A stretch of DNA of 64,000 bases from Nymphaea colorata (lineage: Eukaryota). Positions 12,586-26,600 of the stretch are shown here, one piece after another. Numbering within the stretch: the stretch's first letter is position 1; every line of letters begins with the position of its first letter. The stretch covers positions 43,834,001 through 43,898,000 of the forward strand of contig NC_045138.2 of NCBI RefSeq assembly GCF_008831285.2. The letters run 5' to 3'. Position numbers and translations under genes: made by a program. The notes beneath the pieces are model-generated. The model was given only the letters and a program-made list of their open reading frames with translations, was not told where the DNA came from and made no database searches.

Positions 12586-14070
12586 TATGGTGTACAGCTG
12601 GCTGACTTTTGGAGTTTAAAGTTTTTAAATGAAAAGGACCTTCAGTTAAATGAAGGCTACTTGAAGATGTGACAGCTACAGCTAACCATTTGGAGAACAG
12701 TCTGAATGGCATATAATGACAATGAGTTCTGACTTTTCCTCAAGAATTCTCATTAGTCCTGACCTTTCAAGAACCTTTCCATTTGTGTGAACAAGATATA
12801 AAACTAAAAAATAAAACATTTAAGATATTTCCTGACCTTGATGAAGTAAGAAGTATATAAGGTTCATCACTTGAGAAACAGAAAAAATGTTCACAGATGC
12901 ATCTTGTTAAAATCCCCACAAGGATGAGGGCTAAGAAAATAAGCAATATGGGGCTACTTTATGCTCTACCAAGCACCAAAGTAGAGGTAACATGTCCCAG
13001 GACTCCCCATGGAAGTCATAGTAGAGAAAAAATAGACACGCACACACTCTCTCTCTCTTATATATAAAAATAATTACTAGACATGCAAAACAAAAGGCTG
13101 CTAAATTACAGTAAATGTATAACTTGATCTAGACTTTCTTTCTTGTAATGCATCAAGTAATAACATTATTATTATCCATTATGACACCTGCAGAAAAGTA
13201 ATTTCTATTAACAACAATGTCCAGTGTGAACACAACTAAGGTTACCGAGATGTTTATTTCCATGACCAAACATATTTTTTCTGATACCCTTTGCTCATAT
13301 GTACATTCTACATATGCCTATTATGTCAGAAACCATATTTTAGAAGCAGTTTACCGCACCTAACCATCGCAGTCCCCCACCATGGTGTAGTCATGGCTTT
13401 GGTAGTGCCTAGGCTGGAGTAATTGGTCTTAGTCTGGCCAAAGGGAATAAATAAATGAGAGGGAAAAAAAAGAAGAAGAATAATAAAATATATTCTAATT
13501 TCTAAACTTTAAAAAAAGAATGCATGGGTAACATAAACTTCATCAAGGAAGGACTAGAAACTATAAGTAACTTGTTTACTCAGCCATTCATCTCGTGTCC
13601 ATCTCCCACTATGTATAGACTTTTTAGGATATACACTGAGATATTTAGTTTTCAGAAACCCTTACCTCCATTAATATCCTGTTTCACAAGATTTAACATA
13701 CTTTTCTTCAATGCTCGTATATGACTATATATGTGAATTCTCAAATCCTCCACTATTAATCATGACGGATTTCTACTTAGTTTTCAGAAACCCTTACCTC
13801 CATTGATATCCATGTTTCACATGATTTAACATACTTTTCTTCAATGCCGGTATATGACTGTATATGATTTCCCAAGTCTCCACCATTAATCATGACAGCT
13901 TTCTACTTTTAATTCACATACTGTTTTCTGTTTTTATTCCTCTTCATGAAATTATGGTGAAGATAGTCCTAGATCTTCCGCTCTTCTGACCTTACCTCCA
14001 ACTTATTATAGACCATAAGGAGCACATATAGCCATGCTATACTAGGAGCGGCAGAGAGAGAGATCCTAAT
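12586..14070 (+). repeat. Copy A of a ~1.5-kb inverted dispersed duplication
   Basis: Colinear reverse-complement match to 54257-55686, including an internal ~130-bp tandem repeat. Confidence 0.9.
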
Positions 14071-14720
14071 CGAACACAATCACCAAGTTGTATGTCCATA
14101 TATTGACAAGAGGACACCTTCCCAGACCTTTGTGAACTAAGAGGGCAAAAAAAAGACATCTCCTGTCATAAACACTATCATGTAATTGAAAGATGACATA
14201 CTGCTACTTTTTGTAGGACTGGGGGAAAAAGGAAGAGGTTCACTGATAAAATATAAACCAGTTTCTACTATGGCAAAAACTAGTAATATTGAAGGCGTAG
14301 TTTGGCACAAGGAGAGGAGTGGCCTGACTATCCTAGCCATTTCCCTGCTAGAACTAAAGGTTAACCAAACACAGTCAACTTACTCATTATGCTGATAGTT
14401 TGACATATGCATATAAAACCTGTTTGTGAATTCTAAGCAGACCTGATAAAATTTGATTGTGCTTATGCACTTAATCAGATACCTGTGATTAAAGTAATAC
14501 ACATGGTATCCCTTCAAGATTCTGAGCTGGCTTTGATCAGGCTTAATCAGTTCAACCCTGAAATCTGGCCTGAACAGCTAGGCATCATTGGTTGTGATCT
14601 ACTATTTCTTTTATGGTTAATAATTGATCATATCGTTGTGGATTTATTGCTGTCGACTGATTGAAGTTCACAGTTTTTCATCTTTATGATTTTATTTGTT
14701 TTGCTTATATGTGTATGAAG

Positions 14721-14935
14721 GTCGAGTCAACAATAGAGTACATATGTCGATCTGAAGGGGCTGGAGCAATTCTTGTGTTTCTTACTGGCTGGGATGAGAT
14801 ATCCAAGCTACTTGAGAAAATTAAAGAAAACAGATTTTTGGGAAATCCTAGCAGATTTTTAATTCTTCCTTTACATGGTTCTATGCCTACCATAAATCAG
14901 CGTGAAATATTTGATAGACCACCAAGTGGCACAAG
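14721..14935 (+). CDS. DExH1: Helicase exon (VESTIEY...FDRPPSGTR)
   Basis: AAG acceptor at 14720. Ends at AG|GCAAGT, a GC donor in phase 2. Confidence 0.88.
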
Positions 14936-16967
14936 GCAAGTACTATATATTGCTGATTTAGTTTTTGGATGCAGTATTAATAATCTTTCCCTTTTCTTGA
15001 TTAAATGTCATGCAACCTTATAATTTGCTGTTGGATATTTTGTAGCTGGTCTTTGATGTTTTTCTTTTCTTTTTTCCATGTGACCCTTGAAAATGCCGTA
15101 GTTGCACTTGTTGGTGGTTTATTCCATTAAATGGATATCTGCCAGCAATGCTGTTCAGGATATTGTCTGGAACTATTTCCCTTTTCTGCCATACAAAATT
15201 CTACAACATCATGTTCGAGAGTGTAGATATTAGCAAGTTGAGTTTTATCTTAAATGAAAAAAATGGTATCTAGCTGTTTTCTCTACTCATAACCTCAAAA
15301 AGCAAGTTTTGTTCCTATGTCAACAGGATTGTCCATGATATTTTCCTCTGTTATTATTGCTCCCTGCTTTACAGGTTTTGGTTGATAATAGCTGTTCATT
15401 TCATGGCCAATTGAAGTTTGTAAGTAGGTAAATCTGTGTTAAATTGGTTGATGTCAAAGAAGTTGCTGTGTTGTATAAGTTCAGCCATTTAGATGTCTTG
15501 TTTATTTATGGATTTATCTTAGTTGACTAACAATAAACGTGGCTGATCGAACAAATGACTGATCACTTGTAGCCTATCATCCTGCTTCTTTGGTGCCTCT
15601 ATAAGTTGGGGAGAATTCCAAAGACGTGATTAAACATTCACTGATGAGCACTGACCTCTGGTTGAGCGGATCATTTGGTCTATTATGCAACATTTTATGT
15701 TTTTTCGTCATATGTTGCTCATAATTGGCAATGGAGCCATGTTATGTCAACCCTTATCCTATGACGTACAATTTTGTGCTTGTGCACTTAAATATGTAAA
15801 TAATGTACATGATATGAGTGGTGATTGTTGCCTTGGTTCTATGAAACTACTAAAAATTTACATGTTGGAAAGTGAGGAGATTTATTGCAAACAAACATTT
15901 GTTTTCATGCATGGATTTGTTTTTCACCTCTTGGAGAATAAGGAAATTTATCGTAAAAGAAGTATTTAACATTGTGTGTGGGTTTGAATCCTTTATTGGC
16001 ATATATGGTTAGGATAATGCTTAGACACCTGATGCTTTGATTTATAGAGCTTTTCTCCATTTCTTTATCCTACGCCTACTTGTTTCCTTAAATAAGGCTC
16101 TGTGTAATTCTGCCTACATGTTCAGTCCAGCTTATAGGTTATCAGGTGTAGATTCTTGGTCTCTGGTTTAGGTATATACCAGACAGGCATAGTACTGATC
16201 CGGGTTGTACTAAATCTAAGGCACCCTATGAGCTGAAACTGCGTATAGGTAACTAGAGTAAAATGATAGATGCAAATTTTGTTTCACAAGCCCAGAACCT
16301 CACAAAGTAAACACTCAGAAGTGCCCAGATGAATCAGGGCTATGACTCTCAAGAATAGTAAAATCACTCAAACAGCTTCAAACAGGCTTAATTCCAGGAG
16401 GATGCAGTCCCTCATTTGTAGGGACTGCTCTAGCTATTGGAGGGTTTCCAATGGCCAGAAGAGATGCTGCTCTTTTGTGACTCAAGGGTCACATACCTAC
16501 CAATTTCTCTCTCTCTCTGGATCTATATATATATATATATACATATCAGTGTCACAGATATCATGATATTTTCGAAAATATCGCGATATTAATGCCAAAA
16601 CTAAGAACAACGAACGAAACTGGAAAAAATAGTGATATTTAAAAAAAGGAAAAATATTTTATCGTGTTTTTTGCGATTTTTTGATATTTTTTCGTGATTT
16701 TTTCATTTTTCTATTTTTAGCAGTGATATTATCATGGATTCAAATATAAAATTAAACTAAATTATTTTCATGATTTTTATTATCATTAAAACATTCCTTT
16801 TGTCACTGTTATATAGTTTTATTTTCGTTTTCCTATTAGTTTCTCATTCATTTCATTTATACCTAATTTTTTTATTTTTTAAAATTTCTGAGTTTTTCCT
16901 GAGATTTGCCGGAAAACTGTTAAAAGCACAAGAAAAATCTCGCTGATAAAAAACCTGAGAAAGATAT

Positions 16968-17034
<67 letters not shown>

Positions 17035-17593
17035 ATGGGAACTGAAGGATCTCTTGGACAGCCCAGCGGCTGTCTTATTTTCTCAAATTGTGTCGCCTAC
17101 AGGCTGTCCCCGCTTTCTCTCTTTCTCCCCACTCCTTACTGCCTGTCACTCCCCACTCTCTCTGACCCATTCTCTCTCCCCTCTCCCAAACACTCCCTTT
17201 ATCCTCTTCTCTCACCTCTCTGCCTCTCACACCCGATTGTGCAATGCTACAGTCTTCTGGATGACCACCTTGCTTGGCCAAACACTTCTATGCTGTCACA
17301 CCAAATTTTTTCGGTGATGTTGGTGTAATATCCAATGGTTTTTGCCACACGAAAATTTGATGTTTTTGTTACTATTCATGCCCAGGAGACAAAAGGGAAT
17401 TCCATGTGGCTATAAAGGCAATCGGGTCATTGTACAGCTGAGAGACAGAAATTCTGGTACTATTTCAAAAATGTTTATATTTTTAGGAACCCATAGAACC
17501 CTAAATCTAGGTGCTTATGCAAGTAACACACTTGCAACTACAAGAGAATAAATATGTAAAAATGAAATTTTACTTATCATAACGGTTTAAATT

Positions 17594-17628
<35 letters not shown>

Positions 17629-20600
17629 ATTATTGGAAATAAATACAAATTATATAAATGAGTGTAATTGGGTCAAAGGGGTAAATCGGTCGTTCAGGGA
17701 ATTTGTGCATTAGTTAACATTGAAATATTGGATCAGTATTTGCCAGATACTGATATAATGTTTCACGAACATTACCAACATGCACAATTAGTAGTCATAA
17801 ATTTAAGTAGTGGCTTTACCCACATGACACAAACATAGACTAACAAAGGAAACAAATAAGACTGTTATCACAAACAACTCAGTCTATAGAATACCTAGGT
17901 TGAAAGGCCAGTCAAACATTTGAGATGGTAATATTGCTTTGAAGATGTTAATTTTATGAAGTAGTGTAGCTTTCTTGGTCGACATTGTGGCAGTTGAATG
18001 TTAATAGCTGGAACTTGAAGATGTGGAAATTGTCATAAAACCTAAATGTTCTTTTTGAGTTGCCTAGAAGATTACCTCCAATTCGAGAAGTGGAGTTTAG
18101 AATAGATTTGGTACCTGGAATTTCTCCTATTTGAAAGAATCACTCCTTTTAAGGATGCAAATGTCAAATGGCTCCAACCGAGTTGGAGGAACTGAAAAAA
18201 CTATTACAAGAACTGATGGACAAAGATTTCACATGACGTAGTGCTTCACCGTGCTCCAGGATTGTTCATGAAAAGGAGATATGATAATTTATTCAACCAA
18301 TTGAAAGGTGTTCTCGAAGATGAACATGAGGTTTAGGTACCATTAGTTATCCATAACAGAAGAGGATGTGGCAAGACTGCATTCCAAACTAATTCATGGT
18401 AATGCCATTCGGTTAATCTGAAATATTGTCTGTGTTTATGGATCAAATGAATTGGGTGTTTCAAGATTATCTAGACTGGTTCATCATCATATTCATTGAT
18501 GATATCTTAGTGTATTTCTATAATAAGGAAGAACACAATGATTGTTAGCTTTCAGCCGACTCACACATTCCTGAATTTAGAAGCCAAACCTCTACGGTAA
18601 GAACCAAGTAAGTATATTAAAGATGTCCTTAGGGCTAATGCCCCCACTATCCTACTTTCTTGACCTTCCTGATGCCCAGATGCTGGTAAGGTTGCTTGGG
18701 TCCTGGTTCTTCAATAACAGGTGCAGAGTTGGCTTCCTATTCAGCTATGTTTGTGGGCAGGGTTTCAACTTGTTCCTATGCGTCGATTGATCTTATAAGG
18801 ACCAACATAATGAGAGGCCAGCTTATTGTGCCCCTTAGGTTGTTTGAATCCTACACCAGGACTGGGACTCCTCAGATAAAAATCCAATCTCCCATAGTGT
18901 CTTTGTGTTTTCAGTTATATTGCAACACCATTCGGTTGCGGACAGCTGCAAGATGCTGCTTTAACTCTTCCAGAACTACATCATGGCATCTCAATTGGGT
19001 GTCAACCTCTTCCTCCCTGGTTGAGCCAGGCTGATATTAGCGGATGTTTGGTAGAGGTCACCTATAGACTGCTTCATAGGGTGTAATGCCTGTGGATGAG
19101 TGCCAACGGGTGTTGTATGCCAACGCTGCCCATGACTTGTCCACCACTAATGAGGTGTCCAGGATACACTATGCTCATCGTCATGAACTGACACTTTGAT
19201 AACTTAACCTTGAACTGATGGTGTTGCAACTTCTCCAGCACCTCCTGCAGGTGTTCCAAGTGCTCCTCCTCCCTTCGGCTATGTACAAGTATGTCGTTGA
19301 AGAAAACTAGGATGGAGCGGTGCAGTAGTGCTCTTAACAGGTCATTCATAAGTGACTAAAATGTTGCAGGCGCATTTGTAAGGCTAAATGGCATCACTAC
19401 AATTTTGTACTGACAGTCATGGGTTTGAAAGACTGTCTTCAGAATATCCTCAGCTGCAATTCGAATTTGATGATATCCCAAACGTTGATCCAATTTGGAG
19501 AAAAAGGAAGCATCATGCAATTCATCCAATAAATCATCAATTATAGGTATTGGGTATCGATCCCTTATCGTTAAGGCATTGAGAGCATGGTAATCCACAC
19601 AAAATCTCCTGCTACTATCTTTCTTCCTCACCAACACCACTGGAGACATGAACGGGCTGCAGCTGGGTCAGATGACTCCTTCCCTTAGCATGTTCTGCAC
19701 CATTCTCTCCAATATCTCCCGTTGCATTTAGCTATCTCCTCCTCAGCTTCCTCTTTGATAAGATACATATGTAACCGGCGGCGAGGGTCTGTACAATGGA
19801 AGTAGATCCCCTTGCGATTCTTATCTTTAATTCGCTCGGGCATCAAATGTCTCACAAACTGCCGTGGGGGCGTGCGCGTCTTACCGTTGATGCTGGTGGG
19901 CATAGAACCTTCTCCTTTGTTTGCTCCCTTCAAGGCCCCACAGTTCTCGCTTCATCCTCTCCTAGTAAAGCTCAACTGGCTATGTTTTTGTTCCACTGTT
20001 CGTCCCATCTCAAAGCACTCGACCAGGCTACGAGGTTTTTTGCACTTGAACCTCGATGCGTATCTCCTTTTGCAGTCCCTCGACAAATGCTTCAACCTAT
20101 GCTTCAACAGGCCAGCGCCTTACCATGTTGTTGAGACTTTCAAAGGTCTCTTCACACTCCACCATGGTGCCGGTATACCTGATTTTGGACAACTCCACGT
20201 TGGAGTTGAGATAGGGTCCGAAGGGAGCTATAATGGCTTCCACTAACACCTCCCAACTTGGTTTGCCCCTGCTGCGCCACGAGCCAATAGTACCAGCAGC
20301 TGGACCCCCTAAATGCACCACGTCGATTGACCTTTTGATGGCCGGTGATCACCTGACCATGAAAGTACTGTTTTGATCGGAAATGTAATGCTCGTTGGTT
20401 CGGCGGGTCGGGTCGAGCTAGGGTCCAGACCCGGAACCGACCCCCACTCGCGTAAGGGCCCGACGCGAGGCCCTTCTCCCTCGCCTTTCCCTTCCTTCTT
20501 CGTTGTCTCCGGTGGTCTCCTGTGGCAGCGCAGAGGGAGGAGAGTGACGGTCGGGTGGTGGTGGCTGGAACGGCGACGGCGACGGAGGTGGCAGCGGCGG

Positions 20601-23600
20601 CTGGGTAAACCCTCTCTCTCTCGTGCGATTTTTCTTGCTCTGCCACTCATGCCCTTTTGTTTGTTTTGCTCTCTGTCGCACGTCCCCTCTTCTTCTCTCT
20701 CGCCATTTTCTTTCCCCTCTTTCCGCTGGTTCTCTACCGCTCGACCCTCTTCTCACTCACCCGCACTCCCCCGCCTGCTCTTTCTCTCTCTTCTCACCCC
20801 ACGGCCGTTTTTCCCCCTTGACCGAACCCTTCCTCTCTCTGTCTCTCCTCTCTGTCAGCGTCCCTTTTCTTTGTTTATTTCAGTTTTTTTTTCCCCCACT
20901 ACTACCGTGGGTCTTTCCTAGCAACAGAGTTTGTGTTAAACTTTTTGGGCGTTTGGGGTTGGTTTGCAGTTTAGGGGACGTTTTTCCCCTCTTACCTGCT
21001 AGTAGGGTGTGTAGTGAGCAGCGACAGCAAGCAATCTCGAGCATTGGCACTTGTTGGGACGTGTGAAGTGGTTGCTAGAAGGGTTGCAGCAGTTTAGACC
21101 TTCAATCGGGGTGAGCAAGGCGAAATTGAACCTATTTTATGATATATTTCTCTTTGGAACGCGCATAATTATTGGTTGAGCATGCTAGAGCTTTGAATTG
21201 ATTATTTGGAACACACGTTAGTGATTTCGTTTTTGGGGAAAAGCTTGCAATTATGTTGGGAAGCGAAGATTCATATATTGGATGATCATTTAAGCATGAT
21301 AGATTAATTTTCGAAGCATTAGGGGAGACATGGTAGAGTTTGTGAGGTTGTGGGGAAGATTTAGGACCGTTTTAGTGAGCCTGTAGCACGCGTTTTTGTG
21401 AACGGGTGCATCTTGGAGTTAAATAGGGATAACGTACATAAGTTGGAAGTATCTTTGGGGTAGACGCCTTGATTTAAGAAAAAGGGAATTTTGAGAAAGG
21501 CGTTAGTGATAGACGGATTGATGGCTTTGAGTTTTGGCATCTATTGGCACGGCTAGGAGTGGGAAGTGACCCTATTGGAGAACTTGTGGGTCGACACTAC
21601 CCGTCGACACCCTCTTGAGGCGATGACGCGTGCCTCAATGACCTTGTTTTGTTTTTGTTTGAATTGTTGAGGTTTGTAGTAGGAATCTTATCTTGTGTTT
21701 GTGTCTGCAGGTTCACCGAGTACGTCCCGTCGACCTTGAGCTACCGGATTCGAAGCTCGAGGCATTTTGAAGATTCTTGTGAACGCGCCACAGGTATGGC
21801 GACATTCCAGGCAAATCCCTGCCTGGGCAAGTGAATGAATGTGTGTTCCTAGGATCATGGGATCCTAGGATTTGTGATATGAATTGATTGAGTGTTCCGT
21901 GAATGAATATGTGTATGCATGTACATAAATTGATATATGATATGTGTTAGAATATATTGTATTGGGAACCGGGTCCATATATGGACCCGGCCCTATGGGG
22001 CATGGATACCGAGGCAGGCTCGGTACCCTAGGCGGCACTCTTTCTCTCCCTCCTATATATTCTTCACTTACATGTAATTGTTGAGTTAAGTGAATATAAT
22101 TTTCTCTCTCCTAGGGTTGCGGTTTGCCCCTAGGTCAGAGCTTCCCCGTGGTTTTTCACATCTTTCTGAGGTTTTCCACGTATATTGTGTGTTCTTTCTC
22201 TGCTCTCTCCTTTTGGTTCGTGTTCCTACTTGGTATCAGAGCCACCGCGTGTGAGATCGTTGGTGTGCAAGTAGTGTTTTTTCGCCGTTCACGTGCCGCC
22301 TCCGTTGCCGTTTCCAGCACCGCCGCCGACACTGTTCCCAGCGCCGCTGCTGTTGCTGTTTGCAGTGCTGACGCCGTCCAGGAACGCCGCCGCCGTCCAT
22401 CGTTCCCAGCGTTTCCGCCGACCAGGAACGCCGCCGCCGTGGTTCCCAGCGCTGCCCTGCCCGGCCGCCGTCGCTGCTCCCAGCGTCGCCGTCGCTGCTC
22501 CCAGCGTCGCCGTCGCTGCTCCCAGCGCCGCCGTCGCCTGGGTTATCGTCGCCTGGGTTAGCTGCGCCGCCGCCGGGTGTCTTGTTTCCACCGCCGTGGG
22601 TTGTGCCCTCTCTGCCGCCGGTTGTGACCTTCTTTGGGGGTTGAGATGGCTGATGCAGTGATGCCCAAGCTTGATGATGCCCTCGACACGGGCAGCAATA
22701 CCAAGGGTGAGAACTTGCGTGTTCATGTCACCTCCATTCGGCTGAATAAGGATAACTATCTCTCGTGGTCTGCTGCCCTAGAAATCGGGATTACTAGTCG
22801 TGGTCGCCTGCACTATATCACTGGGGAGAAGCCTGCACCTTCTAAAACTGATTCGCAATGGCCGACCTGGGCGTTGGAGGATAGTCAGGTAAAAGTATGG
22901 ATTATTAGTTCGGTTTCCGCAGATATTCAGCCTTTGATCTTGCGTAAATCGACGACGTATGATATGTGGACTGTTCTTGCCCGTATGTATGGTCGTAAGA
23001 AGCGTGTTTTACGTGCCTATCAAATCAAACGTAGCATATATGCTCTTAAACAGGGAGATTTATCTGTTGCCTCCTTCTATGCCGCCCTGAAGACCAAATG
23101 GGAGGAACTTGACTATCATGTGAATGATGACTGGAAATGTGGTGTAGATCATGCCCTGTATTGGGAAAAGGAATGGATGGACCGCACCTTTATCTTCCTT
23201 GGAGGCCTGCGTGATGAGTTTGAAACCATTCGAAGCCAGATTCTTAACTGTGATGAGATTCCTGGAATCGAAGAGGTGTATGCCCGTATTGAGTCTGAGG
23301 AGCAACGGCGCCAGATTATGCATATTGACTCCCATCAGGGGAATTCTCCAGCAGCCTTTGTGAGCCATACTTCTGGGACGGGGCAGCGTCCTACTCGACG
23401 ATGCAGCCATTGCAACAAAGTGGGTCATTCTGTTGATTTTTGTTGGGATCTTCATCCTGAGAAGCGTCTCGTCCGCGGTCGTCCTCCTCCTCATCGCCGA
23501 GCCTCTTCTGTGCCAGAGCCTAGCCCGGGGTCGTCCAATGTTGCCAAATCCAAGCTCTCCTCAGATCAACTCAGAGAGTTGCAAGCCTACATTAGTCGGT

Positions 23601-26600
23601 TGTCTACCCAGGATGATGCTTCTACTTCTGAGGGGGCTAAGTTAGCCCAGGCTCTGGTTGCTACTAGTGATCAAGGTAATTCTTCTCTCGGTGATTGGAT
23701 TGTTGACAGTGGGGCTACTCATCATATGACAGGGGACCCTACGATGTTTCAAGAGTACAAGTTGACCTCTGGGCAGCAGCGTGTGTCTATGGCTGATGGT
23801 TCTTCTATCTCTGTGGCTGGAAAAGGGAGCTTATCACTACTGAACAAATATTGTCTTCATAATGCCCTGCATGTTCCCAATATTCCGTAAATTTGTTATC
23901 TGTCAGCAGTATTACCAAAGAGCTAAACTGTAATCTAATTTTCTCTGCTGATTGTTGTTTCCTGCAGGACTTGGGGACGGGGCAGAAGATTGGGATTGGT
24001 TCGGCTATTGATGGGCTCTACAGACTGCCCGTTCGAGTTGCTTCTGCTTTGATTTCAGCCACCAGTGGTCAGTTGCCTGGCGTGGAGGCCAGATCCGTCA
24101 TTATGCGTTGGCACGAGAGACTTGGTCATCTTCCCTTCCAGTTGCTTAGAAAGCTGTTTCCTAGGATGTTTCATTCTGTTTCTTTGGACACCTTCGCCTG
24201 TGAAGTGTGTCAGTTGTCTAAGCATGTTAGGGCCTCGTACCCTATTTCGTTCAATAAAGCCAACCGTCCTTTTGCTTTGGTTCACTCTGATGTTTGGGGT
24301 CCTTCGGGAGTACCCACTTGTCGTGGCTTTAACTATTTTATGACTCTTATTGATGACTACTCCCGGTGTACGTTCGTGTATCTGTTGAAAGAACGTAGTG
24401 AAGTTCTCGACATTGTCAAAAACTTTGTGGCATTTGTCGAAACTCAATTCCAGACCACTGTTCAAGCCTTCCGCACTGATAATGCCCGAGAATATGTCTC
24501 CCAATCCCTTGATGACTTCTTGCGAAGCAAGGGTATTATTCATGAAACATCCTGTAGCTACACCCCTCCTCAGAATGGCGTGGCTGAAAGAAAAAACCGT
24601 CATTTGTTGAATGTTACCCGGGCAATTATGTTTCAACGTCATGTCCCTAAGAGGTACTGGGGGGACGCACTTCTCACTAGTGCCCACCTTATCAACCGTA
24701 TGCCTACTCGTGTGTTGGATGGTCATTCCCCTTATTCTGTGTTGTGGCCCACTCAGAATCCCTGGCCTCTAACCCCTCGAGTGTTTGGGTGTGTTTGTTT
24801 TGTCCATGATCATAGTCCCACTCTCAAGAAACTTGATCCTCGGTCCATCAAAGCAGTCTTCTTGGGATATTCCTCCACCCAAAAGGGATACAGGTGTGTT
24901 GACCCTCGCACTTCCAGAGTATATGTCTCCAGGGATATGACCTTTCATGAACATGAGGCATACTTTCCTGCGAATCCTCTTCAGGGGGAGTGTTTAGGTG
25001 ACAGAAGGGAAGAGTATTCTTTGCATCAGTTGATTCAGTTCATGGATTTCTTGGATTATACGGTGAGTTCTCCAAGTGTGGAAAACGTTGTCAGTGAGGA
25101 CAGAGACAGTCAGATGGAGGGGGGCCCTGTGGAAGAACAGTCTCGAGATCACCTATTTGGTCAGGTTTACAGCAGGAAGAAGAAGGATGTGATGGAAGAT
25201 GTTGATGTTACCAATCCCAATCTTCCCAATCTTGTGACCTCCCCGGATGATCCAAGTCCAATGAATGAAGAACTTCCCATAGCTCTGCGCAAGGGCACCA
25301 GGTCATGTACTTCTCATCCTATTCAGAGATTTGTTTCATATGCAAAACTTAGTAAAGACTACAAGTGCTTTGTTACCTCTTTATCTATGGCTGTTATTCC
25401 CAGGTCAGTGGAAGATGCAAGGAAGGATCCTAAATGGCTACAGGCCATGACAGAAGAGATGGACGCCCTGGAAAAGAACAATACGTGGGAGGTTGTTGAT
25501 ATCCCCAAGGGAACTCACTTAGTTGGCTCCAAGTGGGTGTTTAATGTGAAGTACAAACCTGATGGCACTGTAGAACGCTATAAAGCTCGTCTTGTTGCTA
25601 AAGGGTTTAGCCAGAAATATGGGATTGACTATCTTGAGACGTTTGCTCCCGTGGCAAAACTGAAGACCGTAAGGGTCATCTTAGCTCTTGCAGTGCAAAA
25701 GAAGTGGAGCATGGACCAACTTGATGTAAAGAACGCCTTCTTGAATGGTCACCTTGAGGAAGAAGTCTATATGAGCATGCCGCCTGGGTATGCTCGGAAC
25801 GGGAAGTGTTGCTATCTCAAGAAAGCTTTGTATGGTCTCAAGCAATCCCCTAGAGCTTGGTTTGAAAGACTAAGGGTTGTAATGAAGACTAATGGGTATA
25901 AACAGGGAAATGGTGATCACACCCTCTTCATCAAGCAGAGAAATGGTCTGGTGAGCCTTTTACTTGTATATGTTGATGATATGATTGTCACAGGTGACGA
26001 CGAGGGGGAGAAAAGGAAGATGAAAGAAACGTTAGCTGCAGAATTCGATCTCAAAGATCTGGGTAAACTAAGGTATTTCTTGGGGATTGAGATCGCGCGA
26101 TCTGAGACTGGGCTTGTTATGAGCCAAAGAAAATACACGTTGGATCTTCTAAAAGAGACAGGTAAACTGGGATGCAGGCCCTTTCTTACCCCAATGGAGT
26201 CTGGCACAAGGATAAGTATCAAAACTGGGACTATCTTGGATGAAGAAGGAAAAGGGAGGTATCAGCGTCTGGTTGGTAAACTTATTTATCTCACTCTTAC
26301 TCGCCCAGATATTACGTATGCTGTGGGTGTGTTAAGTCAGTTTATGCATGCTTCTACTGATTGTCATTGGAAAAGCGCTGAAAGAGTATTGGGATACTTA
26401 AAGAATGACCCAGGGAAAGGACTACTCTACACTCGGCAAGATCAACTAAGCATTGAAGGATACTCTGACGCCGACTGGGCAGGGTGCACAGATACTAGGA
26501 GGTCTACCACAGGATACTGCATATTTCTTGGAGGTAACCTTGTGGTATGGAGAAGTAAACGTCAAGAAGTTTGTTCCAGGTCCAGTGCTGAGGCTGAATA

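Noticed and set aside
22124..22726. Ala/Arg-rich ORFs with 21-bp repeats resembling a repeat array
   Set aside because: GC-rich tandem repeats of the Copia leader. There are no unique spacers, so it is not CRISPR-like. The same applies to 62312-62886.
23880..23895. Programmed gag/pol frameshift
   Set aside because: It falls inside the protease, with no slippery heptamer. Copia gag-pol is normally one frame, so a point deletion or sequence error is more likely.
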